Below, one piece after another: positions 1 to 7,739 of a stretch of 31,280 nucleotides of DNA. This DNA is from Acidobacteriota bacterium (GTDB lineage Bacteria; Acidobacteriota; Terriglobia; Terriglobales; Acidobacteriaceae), in assembly GCA_003223595.1 (NCBI GenBank), contig QHVR01000403.1, forward strand, positions 1 to 31,280, written 5' to 3'. The notes below the pieces were generated by a model. The model was given only the letters and a program-made list of their open reading frames with translations, made no database searches and had not been told where the DNA came from. A program made the translations under genes and the position numbers. Positions within the stretch are counted from its first letter, which is position 1; every line of letters begins with the position of its first letter.

Positions 1-37
1 TGGAATTACAGGCTTGGAGACGCCGCGTTCGAATTGC

Positions 38-1654
38 TCAGCTCATTTCTCCCCATCCTCCGCCTCCGGGGGTTTCAATTTTAATGCGCTCGCCCTTGCG
101 CAGGCGCGTGCTGAATTTGCCGGGCATCTCTTGCTGCTGACCATCCTGCTTGATGATGAACGCGCTGCCGACAGCGCCATCGGCGCCACCCGCGAGTCCC
201 CACGGCCCACGCTTGCGCCGGTCGGCGAGCAAAGTGACGTCGCAATCGCAGAGGACCTCGATTTCGCGCACAATGCCGTCGCCACCGTTGAATCTTCCCC
301 TTCCGCCGCTCCCGGTGCGCAGCGAGTACGAGCGCACGCGCAAAGGATAGGCATACTCCAGCGCCTCAGCCGGAGTGTTGAGCGAGTTCGTCATGTGAGT
401 ATGGATTCCGGAAACACCGGGTTTGGTGGGACGCGCACCCATCCCGCCAGCGATAGTTTCGTAGTAGGTGAACGGTTCGCCGGTGCGCGGATCGATGCCG
501 CCGATGGTGAGATTATTCATGGTGCCGGAAGCAGCGGCGGGGATACCATCCGGAACCGCCTGGGACAGTGCGCGCAGAAGCACGTCCACGATTCGTTGCG
601 AGGTTTCCACGTTCCCGCCGGCGACGGCTGCCGGAGGCCTGGCGTTGACAATCGTGCCCTCGGGGGCAATGACCTGGATCGGGCGCATAAGACCTGCGGC
701 TGCGGGAACATCTTCGGTGAGCAGACACCGGAACACATAGAAGCATGCCGAATAGGTGATGGCCGCCACTGCATTGATACTGCCCTGAACCTGGGGATCG
801 CTTCCGGTGAAATCCACAGTGACGAGGTGCGAGCGGGAAGCGCCTGGTTTGGAAGTATGGACCGTTATTTTTACGTTGATCTTGATGGGTGCGTCGGTGA
901 TGCCGTCGTTATCGAGAAAGTCCTCGGCCGAATATTCTCCGGGCGGGACCTGCTGCAGGAAGGCGCGCATCAGCTCTTCGGAATAGCGCTGCAACTGCGC
1001 CGCGGCCTCGGTGCAGCGCGCGAGACCATACCTGATGCTGATCTCGCGAAGCCGTTCCGCGCCGGTATGGCAGGCTGCGATCTGCGCGCCGAGATCGCCT
1101 TCGCGTTCGTCCGGCGTACGCACGTTGGTCAGGAGCAGGGCAAGAATTTCGGTATTGGTGGATCCGGCGCGCAGCAGTTTAATCGGAGGGATGCGAACGC
1201 CCTCCTGGTAGATCTCGCGGCAGAGTCCCATGGAGCCGGGGTAAGCGCCGCCCACATCGGCATGGTGAGCGCGCGAGGCTACGTAAAAGTCGGGACCACG
1301 CTTCGCGTGAGGAGCAGCTTTCGCTGCGTTCACAAATACTGGAGCCACGAGGGTGATGTCGGGCAAGTGAGTTCCGCCGCGAAAGGGATCGTTGAGGATG
1401 ACCACGTCGCCATCGTGCATGGGACCGGATTCAATTGAAGCTGCGACCGACAGGGGCATGGATCCGAGATGCACGGGCATGTGATCGCCCATCGCGATGA
1501 CGTGTCCTTCGCGATCAAAAACTGCGCAAGAATAATCGCGCCGCTCCTTGATGTTGGGAGAAAAAGCCGTGCGGCGGAGCGCCGCGCCCATCTCCTCGGC
1601 GATCGAGTGAAAGATGCTTTTGAAAATTTCGAGTTCGATGGCATCGCTCGCCAT
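38..1654 (-). CDS. Hydantoinase B / 5-oxoprolinase subunit B family protein
   Basis: Family motifs EEMGAALRRTAFSPNIKERRDYSCAVFD, NDPF.GGTHLPD, HHADVGG, GGNVETSQR, YYETIAGG and ETPGGGG. Start moved from the track's TTG 1696 to ATG 1654 (MASDAIELEIF), which lies 7 nt after a TACACT -10 box. No A subunit in the window. Confidence 0.93.
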   Translation of the reverse strand: MASDAIELEIFKSIFHSIAEEMGAALRRTAFSPNIKERRDYSCAVFDREGHVIAMGDHMPVHLGSMPLSVAASIESGPMHDGDVVILNDPFRGGTHLPDITLVAPVFVNAAKAAPHAKRGPDFYVASRAHHADVGGAYPGSMGLCREIYQEGVRIPPIKLLRAGSTNTEILALLLTNVRTPDEREGDLGAQIAACHTGAERLREISIRYGLARCTEAAAQLQRYSEELMRAFLQQVPPGEYSAEDFLDNDGITDAPIKINVKITVHTSKPGASRSHLVTVDFTGSDPQVQGSINAVAAITYSACFYVFRCLLTEDVPAAAGLMRPIQVIAPEGTIVNARPPAAVAGGNVETSQRIVDVLLRALSQAVPDGIPAAASGTMNNLTIGGIDPRTGEPFTYYETIAGGMGARPTKPGVSGIHTHMTNSLNTPAEALEYAYPLRVRSYSLRTGSGGRGRFNGGDGIVREIEVLCDCDVTLLADRRKRGPWGLAGGADGAVGSAFIIKQDGQQQEMPGKFSTRLRKGERIKIETPGGGGWGEMS

Positions 1655-1933
1655 GAGGCGCAGTGTAATGGATTGGCGGGCGAAGTTGCATGGCAAGCTA
1701 CCGGCGATGGTTCATGATTGTGGGTTTTCGCCCATGTTCAGGGTCGCGGCTCGGTGCTCAATGACACGCAAAATTGTTGATCCCTGCGAGAATTTTATTG
1801 ACAGTTTATTAACCATAGCTCAATATCTTGTGTTATAGGGCCTCCCGGTACGATAAGTAGGGTTGGCCTTTCAGATTAAGGGCCCAAAGTGGTTACCCCT
1901 TGCAAGGGAAAATCGTTCACGGAGGCACCTTCA

Positions 1934-1972
1934 ATGGCAACGAAGAAGAAGGCAAAAAAGAAGAAACACTAA
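1934..1972 (+). CDS. Candidate 12-aa lysine-rich microprotein MATKKKAKKKKH
   Basis: GGAGG at 1921-1925, 8 nt upstream of ATG 1934; stop TAA at 1970-1972; sits in an otherwise non-coding gap. Too short for the ORF track. Confidence 0.55.
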   Translation: MATKKKAKKKKH

Positions 1973-2036
1973 CTGTAGGCGAGAAACTACTTCGCATACA
2001 CCACGGTTTTTAACTGGCCTCTCGAGAGAAGCACCT

Positions 2037-2071
2037 CTTGGGAGGCTTTCCCGTTTTGAGGGCCTCCCAGG
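2037..2071 (+). terminator. GC-rich hairpin (tgggaggc/gcctccca) without a U-tract
   Basis: Perfect 8-bp inverted repeat at 2039-2046/2062-2069, extendable by 2 bp; lies between the microprotein ORF and merR. Confidence 0.4.
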
Positions 2072-2179
2072 GCAGCAGGGCCCAAATCAGTCTTATGGAT
2101 GCGCGAAATTCTGCGACGGGCGCTTCTGCCTGTGGCACAATAGGCGAAACCTGCGGCCCTAAGCCGCCCCTCGCTGAAG

Positions 2180-2584
2180 ATGGCTATGCGAAAACGAAGC
2201 CCTGCCAAACAGAAGGCCGATGAAGTCCTGATCCCCGACAAACTTTACTTCCGCATCGGAGAGGTTGCGACCCTGTGCCGGCTTCCCGCTTATGTCTTGC
2301 GATTCTGGGAGTCGGAGTTTCCGCAGCTGAAGCCGGTAAAAAGCAGCACGGGGCAACGCATGTACCGCAAGCGTGACGTGGAAAACGTGCTGCGCATTAA
2401 GCAGCTGCTGTACGAGCAGGGGTTCACGATCTCCGGCGCGCGGCAACAACTGCGAGCCGAGACGAAATCCGATAAGACGCAGAGCGCGATTCCGTTCCCG
2501 TCCACCTCGACGCCAGAGATCCAGAACATCCGGCGAGGGTTGCGGGAAATCCTGGATCTGCTTTCAAGCCGGCGCACAGGATAA
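2180..2584 (+). CDS. MerR-family HTH transcriptional regulator
   Basis: IPDKLYFRIGEVATLCRLPAYVLRFWESEFPQLKP...GQRMYRKRD...LLYEQGFTISGAR is the HTH of the short MerR/MlrA-like subfamily. Confidence 0.93.
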   Translation: MAMRKRSPAKQKADEVLIPDKLYFRIGEVATLCRLPAYVLRFWESEFPQLKPVKSSTGQRMYRKRDVENVLRIKQLLYEQGFTISGARQQLRAETKSDKTQSAIPFPSTSTPEIQNIRRGLREILDLLSSRRTG

Positions 2585-2683
2585 TCCTCAGGCACTTTGT
2601 TCGGGTTTCGTAACGCAAAGCAATGTTTGGCGCGGTTCCTTCCAATCTCGTAGAAAATCGGCTCAACAGTGAGGGGGAGAGGA

Positions 2684-2845
2684 GTGGCTCCGGGCGATTG
2701 TCCGAAGTGTGGCGGCTCTGGATATGTAGCGAAGCCGGTCGAGCTGAATGGCAAGACCGAAGGCATAGCGTTTATCCAGATCAAATGCCCCGCTTGCGGA
2801 GGAACCGGCCGGAAGCGCGCAATCTCACCTGAAACCGCCGGCTGA
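2684..2845 (+). CDS. 53-aa zinc-finger microprotein with two DnaJ-type CxxCxGxG motifs
   Basis: Manual translation from GTG 2684: MAPGDCPKCGGSGYVAKPVELNGKTEGIAFIQIKCPACGGTGRKRAISPETAG*. Purine-rich SD region (gggggagagga) directly upstream; stop TGA at 2843-2845. Confidence 0.75.
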   Translation: MAPGDCPKCGGSGYVAKPVELNGKTEGIAFIQIKCPACGGTGRKRAISPETAG

Positions 2846-2880
2846 CCGCACGGCCTGCGGTGCTTGCGAAACGTACGGAA

Positions 2881-2924
2881 CCCGGACCGCCATACTTCCC
2901 GTCCTACAAAGTGGACGGTCCGGG
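2881..2924. terminator. Long imperfect hairpin between convergent genes
   Basis: cccggaccg (2881-2889) pairs with cggtccggg (2916-2924), with further imperfect pairing inside the arms. Confidence 0.4.
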
Positions 2925-2971
2925 CCGCACGCAAGAGCTGGGGTCCCGTTCCTTATCCTTTATTCAATTGA

Positions 2972-4288
2972 TTAAGCGATTCCCGCGGCCTTCGCGCCAG
3001 CCTTGCGCGGGGGAGTGGCAGTCTCCACGCGGTTCCTGCCATTGGCTTTGGCGCGGTAGAGAGCTTTGTCGGCGGCTTGCAGGACTGCATCGGGATCGGA
3101 TTGCCTTTTTGCCGAGCTGGCTACTCCGATACTCACCGTGACCGAAGTCGATGCGGGTGCAGGTGCGGGGGCAGGCGGCTGAGCCAGTTCACGAATGACT
3201 TGTCCCTTGGTAGTGCGGCGGCGAGTGCGATCGGTGCGGCGATCCGGACCGCGGGGCGCCACGCGGCGATCGTGGCCACGCAGGCGAAATTCCGAAGCCT
3301 GGATGTTCTCCCGCAGCCGCTCGAGATGGTCGAGCACGTCGGAAGTGTTTTTGCCCGGGAACAGGATATTGAATTCTTCTCCGCCGCAACGGTAAGCGCG
3401 GCCGCCTCCAGTCACTCGAGCCAGATTGGATGCGACCAGGCGCAAAACCTGATCGCCGGTGTCATGTCCGTAGGTGTCATTGAATTTCTTGAAATGATCG
3501 ATGTCGACCACGGCAATGGAATAGGGCTGCTGCAGCCGCTGCATGGAATCGTTGAAGGCGCGCCGCGAAGGTAGCGTAGTTAACTCGTCATGGTAAGCGA
3601 GCAGATAAGAACTCTCGATGACGGAAGCGAAGAGAATGCAGGCAGCGGTCGCGGCATACAGCGTAGCGAGCCGTGGGTTGGTGGCGAAGTGCAGGGAGAG
3701 GAAAAAGGCGGAAAGCGCCCAAATCAACGCGCTCTCGACTGGCTTGCGGATCAACAGAAAACGAATCAGAAGAAAAGCCGCCGCGGCCGCGAAGATTACA
3801 AGCGTGTAGTTGGGCAGAGTTATGCTGGTGCCGAGGTGGCGCGGGTGGGCGGCAGAAGGAAGACCGGTCTCAGCGGTACGGCAGAGCACCGCGACCACCG
3901 TAGCTTCCACAAAAAGAAACAAGCTCACCGGCCCAAGCGATTGGACGGTGAAACCGCGCTCGTGCATGAGCGCAATCAGGACAAAATTCAGCGGAACCAA
4001 TACCGCCACGGCATCGGCTGCGGTGATCAGTACAGGCATCTGTGCTCCGCCCCATAGGGCGATCGCACTTTCCGCCATGAACAGAACGCAAAGCGCCACG
4101 AAAATGCGGCTGGAATGGAAGCGCCAGGCCAGCAGCATGCCTCCGGCCATAGCGCAGTAATAGAGAAAGCTAAGAGCGGGCAGAGCAAGCGTCAGCCAGC
4201 CCAGGGAGACGAGGGCAATCACGCCTAGCACTAGCGCGCCTCCCGGCAGCAGCAGAGATCTCAGGATGGTTTTGCTCAGGGAATTCAG
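2972..4288 (-). CDS. Membrane-bound diguanylate cyclase (GGEEF type)
   Basis: Several hydrophobic N-terminal segments, then DELTTLPSRR, DIDHFKKFNDTYGHDTGD, RCGGEEF and ADKALYRAK. The frame is open upstream of GTG 4231 to a CTG at 4288 preceded by AGGAG, so the start is uncertain. Confidence 0.92.
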   Translation of the reverse strand: MNSLSKTILRSLLLPGGALVLGVIALVSLGWLTLALPALSFLYYCAMAGGMLLAWRFHSSRIFVALCVLFMAESAIALWGGAQMPVLITAADAVAVLVPLNFVLIALMHERGFTVQSLGPVSLFLFVEATVVAVLCRTAETGLPSAAHPRHLGTSITLPNYTLVIFAAAAAFLLIRFLLIRKPVESALIWALSAFFLSLHFATNPRLATLYAATAACILFASVIESSYLLAYHDELTTLPSRRAFNDSMQRLQQPYSIAVVDIDHFKKFNDTYGHDTGDQVLRLVASNLARVTGGGRAYRCGGEEFNILFPGKNTSDVLDHLERLRENIQASEFRLRGHDRRVAPRGPDRRTDRTRRRTTKGQVIRELAQPPAPAPAPASTSVTVSIGVASSAKRQSDPDAVLQAADKALYRAKANGRNRVETATPPRKAGAKAAGIA

Positions 4289-4497
4289 AGCTTACTCCTG
4301 CACGGAATACCGCATTCTGGAATTATCTCCGTTGGGCGATGGGGAAGGAATTGGCGGAGCAGGTTCGGAGGCCTGCGTTCGGATTTGAAACGGCTGCCCA
4401 TTACCGGAACCCCATACCTTCGTGCCCAGCGACTTCCGGCTGCACTTCAGTATTTTCTAAATAGACTGGGCTGTTCGATTAAGGACGGCTCAATATT

Positions 4498-5844
4498 ATG
4501 CGAATTCTTATTGCAGAAGACGATGAAGCCCTAGCCAGATTCGTACGCCAAGGTCTGGAAGCAGAGCACTATTCGGTGGATGTGGTGGCCGATGGGGAGC
4601 AGGCGCGCACGGCGGCGATCGAGCGGGCCTATGACACGGTGATTCTAGATCTCAACCTGCCCAAACTGGATGGAGTCAGCGTGCTGCGGCAGCTGCGGAT
4701 GAAGAAGCCGAGCCTGCCGGTGCTGATACTTACGCAGCGCACCAAGGTGGAGGATCGGGTGGTTTGCCTGGACACCGGGGCGGATGACTACCTGGCGAAA
4801 CCCTTCTCGTTTTCCGAACTGTCGGCGAGGCTGCGGGCGCTGCTGCGCCGCAGCCATTTGCCTTCGGAATCAGTGTTGGTGGTGGGAGATTTGAAACTGG
4901 ACCGGGTGCAGCGGATTGTGGAGCGCTCCGGCAAGCGAATCGAACTCACGGTGAAGGAATTCGCGCTGCTCGAGTACCTGATGCACAACGCCGGGCGGGA
5001 CGTCACGCGCGCCATGATCATCGAGCATGTGTGGAATCTGTCCTTCGATACGACGACGAACGTAGTCGACGTCTATATCAATTATGCCTCAGCTCAAGTC
5101 GACCAGCGCAAGGTCGGCAAGCTGGCCATGGCGATTCAGGTGGCCTTTCAGGAACTCGGAGTTTTTTCCGCGTCTACGACCAAGGTTCCTATCGCGATCG
5201 ATGAGCCGATGCCATTCAGCACGGTGCAGACGATCGAGAACGCGAAGCGCACGACCGAGTTGGGCCGTATCTCGTCGTCTCCTCTGGATGAACTCAGGGC
5301 GGCGTCGGAGGAGGCGAACCTCTCCACCCTGCAGGCAGAATTGCAGCAGGCTTTGCAAAAGGAAATCGCAATGCACTCTGTGTCGGTGCACCGGGAGATC
5401 GAGGGACTGGTGATCAGTCTAAGGGAATTTGGATTTTTCGATAGCGGCTCGGCCAGACTCCGGCCTGCCGCAGTACCCGCTCTCGATCGCATTGCGTCGA
5501 TTCTCGTGATTCGCACCTGCCGGATTCGCATTGAAGGCCATACCGACAACATCCCGATTCACACTCCGCAAGTGGCTTCGAACTGGGAACTGTCGACTGC
5601 ACGCGCGACCGAACTGGTGCGGTTTCTGATCGTGCGCTACAACTTCTCTCCCGATCGCCTTGCAGCCGCGGGATACGCCGAGTACCACCCGATTGCCAGT
5701 AATGCCAGCGTTGCCGGGCGGGCGCAAAACCGCCGTGTCGATCTGGTGATTCTGGCCGGGCATCTCGAACGCAAGGACGCGCTCGCCGACAACTCGCGTT
5801 CCAAACCTTCCGCCGGTGCAGTCTCATCGGCTTTGCCTCGCTAA
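4498..5844 (+). CDS. Chimeric ORF: OmpR-family response regulator (truncated wHTH) fused in frame to the MotB periplasmic/OmpA-like domain; possibly a deletion remnant
   Basis: Residues 1-196 are REC (DLNLP, KPF) plus a winged helix ending at NVVDVYINY. The remainder starts YASAQVD and carries MotB-type FFDSGSA, RIEGHTDN, NWELSTARA, GYAEYHP and NRRVD. No MotB transmembrane helix. Confidence 0.85.
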   Translation: MRILIAEDDEALARFVRQGLEAEHYSVDVVADGEQARTAAIERAYDTVILDLNLPKLDGVSVLRQLRMKKPSLPVLILTQRTKVEDRVVCLDTGADDYLAKPFSFSELSARLRALLRRSHLPSESVLVVGDLKLDRVQRIVERSGKRIELTVKEFALLEYLMHNAGRDVTRAMIIEHVWNLSFDTTTNVVDVYINYASAQVDQRKVGKLAMAIQVAFQELGVFSASTTKVPIAIDEPMPFSTVQTIENAKRTTELGRISSSPLDELRAASEEANLSTLQAELQQALQKEIAMHSVSVHREIEGLVISLREFGFFDSGSARLRPAAVPALDRIASILVIRTCRIRIEGHTDNIPIHTPQVASNWELSTARATELVRFLIVRYNFSPDRLAAAGYAEYHPIASNASVAGRAQNRRVDLVILAGHLERKDALADNSRSKPSAGAVSSALPR

Positions 5845-5868
5845 AGTCAAACGCCTCGGTGCCGATGA
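5842..5868 (+). promoter_or_regulatory. Sigma-28 (FliA) promoter upstream of cheR
   Basis: TAAA-gtcaaacgcctcggt(15 nt)-GCCGATGA against the consensus TAAA-N15-GCCGATAA; overlaps the upstream stop codon. Confidence 0.8.
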
Positions 5869-5946
5869 ATTTCTCGGAGCGAATATTTTCTTATCCTGCG
5901 GAGCACCTGCAATGAGTCCCAGTTCCAGACCTGCGAGGCGGCGCGT

Positions 5947-6846
5947 GTGAGTGCGACTGCAGCGCAGGCCGTCATTGGTTTTGAAGGTCCACCGGACCCC
6001 GATCTGGTACGCATTCGCGATCTGGTTTATCAGGTGGCGGGAATTTTTCATCCCGACAGCAAGCTTGGCTTGCTCTGGGAGCGCTGTGGCCGTCGGATGA
6101 AGGAACGGAAAACAAAAACGTTCCGCGAGTACTTCGAGTGCCTCACCGTAAAACCCAATCGCCGGGCGGAACTGTTGGCCCTGCTGAATGAGATTACGAT
6201 TGGGGAAACCTGCTTCTTTCGTAACCAGGCGCAACTGCATGCAGTGCGCGATCTGGTAATCCCGACAATCATTGAAGCGAAGGCCAAGCTTCCCATCCGT
6301 CGCATGCGGATATGGAGTGCGGGATGCTCGACCGGCGAGGAACCCTACACATTGTCCATGTTGTTGTTGGAGGAATCACAGCGCCGCCTGCGAGATTGGA
6401 CATTTGAGATTCTGGCCACGGACCTGAACGAGCGCTCCCTGGCTCACGCCAAGAACGGCCTGTACGGGAGCTACGGCACACGCAACTTGAGCGCCTATTA
6501 CCGGGAGAAATATTTCTCGCCCGAGGGCGAGCAACTGCGAGTGCAACCGGTGGTGCAAAGGAACGTGAGCTTCAGCCGCCTGAACCTGTCCGACGATGCG
6601 CGGATGACGTTCATGAAGAGCGTGGACATGGTCTTCTGCTGCAATGTGCTCATCTATTTTGATCTGGCCTCGAAGCGGCGAGTCATTCAGCACTTCTACA
6701 ACAACCTTCTTCCGCACGGCTATTTGTTCTTGGGACCTTCCGAGTCGCTCTACGGGGTGACGGAAGAATTTCGCCTGGTCCACCTTCCTGGCGCTACGGC
6801 GTACGTCAAAGGGGAGCGCTCCCTGGCGGGAAAGAAGGCTTCATGA
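5947..6846 (+). CDS. cheR: Chemotaxis protein-glutamate O-methyltransferase
   Basis: ITIGETCFFRN, RIWSAGCSTGEEPYTL, ATDL, FCCNVLIYFD and GYLFLGPSES. Confidence 0.95.
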   Translation: MSATAAQAVIGFEGPPDPDLVRIRDLVYQVAGIFHPDSKLGLLWERCGRRMKERKTKTFREYFECLTVKPNRRAELLALLNEITIGETCFFRNQAQLHAVRDLVIPTIIEAKAKLPIRRMRIWSAGCSTGEEPYTLSMLLLEESQRRLRDWTFEILATDLNERSLAHAKNGLYGSYGTRNLSAYYREKYFSPEGEQLRVQPVVQRNVSFSRLNLSDDARMTFMKSVDMVFCCNVLIYFDLASKRRVIQHFYNNLLPHGYLFLGPSESLYGVTEEFRLVHLPGATAYVKGERSLAGKKAS

Positions 6847-7739
6847 GTGCGACGACGACTACCACCAAGCTGCTGGAACGAGTTAAGGATCTGAAGCAGA
6901 TCCCTACCATTCCCGCGGTGCTGGCACCGTTGCTGCGCTACCTGGAGCAACCGGTCGAAGATCTCGACATTCAGAAAGTCACGGACGTGATTGCGCAGGA
7001 CAAGGCTCTGGCTGCGCAGTGCCTGAGAATGGCAAACAGCCCCCTATTCGGTCGATTCCAGAAAATAGACTCGCTTCGCACGGCCATCCTGGGGTTAGGT
7101 TTCCAGCGGGTCAGCGACATTGCGATGTCTTGCGGTGTTCTCAATCTCACGCCTAAGGACACGGGAGGGATTGATCCTGTGGTGTTCTGGGAGCACTCGC
7201 TGGGGTGCGCCCTGGTCTGCCGCCATTTTGCGCGCACGATCTCCTATCCAGATCCGCGAAAAGCGTATCTCGCGGGGCTGCTCCACGATCTCGGCATTGT
7301 CGTCAACCTGTGGAGTTTTCCGGAGGAATTTCGCAGGGTTTTCGAACGGGCTCGCAGCCAGCGCATCCCGTTGCATGAAGCCGAGCAAGCGGTTCTCGGC
7401 TTTACGCACTGCGATAGCGGAAGCCTGCTGGCAGAGAACTGGGACCTCTCCGCCGATCTACACGCAGTTGTGTCCCTGCACCACTGTTCGTATGAATCCA
7501 GCGAACACGCTCCGCTGATTGCGGTGGTAGAACTCGCCGATCTGCTGTGCCGCATGAGCGGTCTGAACTACGGGTATCTCGAGAACCGGCAAGTGAATGT
7601 GCTGGAACAGCCGGGCTTTGCTGTGCTGTTGCAGAAGTTCCCCGCTTTGCGGGACTTCGATTGGGCGCGCCTGACATTCGAACTCGACTCCTACATGGAT
7701 GAGGTGCACGGCCTGGTGCATGCGATTTACCGCAAATGA
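6843..7739 (+). CDS. HDOD-domain signal transduction protein
   Basis: IPTIPAV, IAQDKALAAQCLRMANSP, AILGLG, FWEHSL, LAGLLHDLG and GFTHCDSG; 4-nt overlaps with cheR and cheB. Confidence 0.93.
   Translation: MSATTTTTKLLERVKDLKQIPTIPAVLAPLLRYLEQPVEDLDIQKVTDVIAQDKALAAQCLRMANSPLFGRFQKIDSLRTAILGLGFQRVSDIAMSCGVLNLTPKDTGGIDPVVFWEHSLGCALVCRHFARTISYPDPRKAYLAGLLHDLGIVVNLWSFPEEFRRVFERARSQRIPLHEAEQAVLGFTHCDSGSLLAENWDLSADLHAVVSLHHCSYESSEHAPLIAVVELADLLCRMSGLNYGYLENRQVNVLEQPGFAVLLQKFPALRDFDWARLTFELDSYMDEVHGLVHAIYRK

Noticed and set aside
14-1438. 474-aa plus-strand ORF
   Set aside because: Antisense shadow of the motif-rich hydantoinase B gene; no recognisable motifs of its own.
1798-1826. Sigma-70 promoter from the perfect TTGACA
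   Set aside because: The -10 at 17-nt spacing is CAATAT (3/6 match), and alternative -10 boxes have wrong spacing; not called as a feature.
2290-2934. 214-aa minus-strand ORF
   Set aside because: Antisense to merR and the zinc-finger microprotein; no motifs or SD.
2585-2971. tRNA-Pro expected after this MerR subfamily (ihfA-merR-tRNA arrangement in other bacteria)
   Set aside because: No cloverleaf, T-loop (GTTCRA) or CCA-type pattern found by eye; the gap holds the zinc-finger ORF instead.
4455-4482. Sigma-28 promoter upstream of the response regulator (TAAA...TTCGATTA)
   Set aside because: The spacer is 12 nt rather than 15 and the -10 match is poor.
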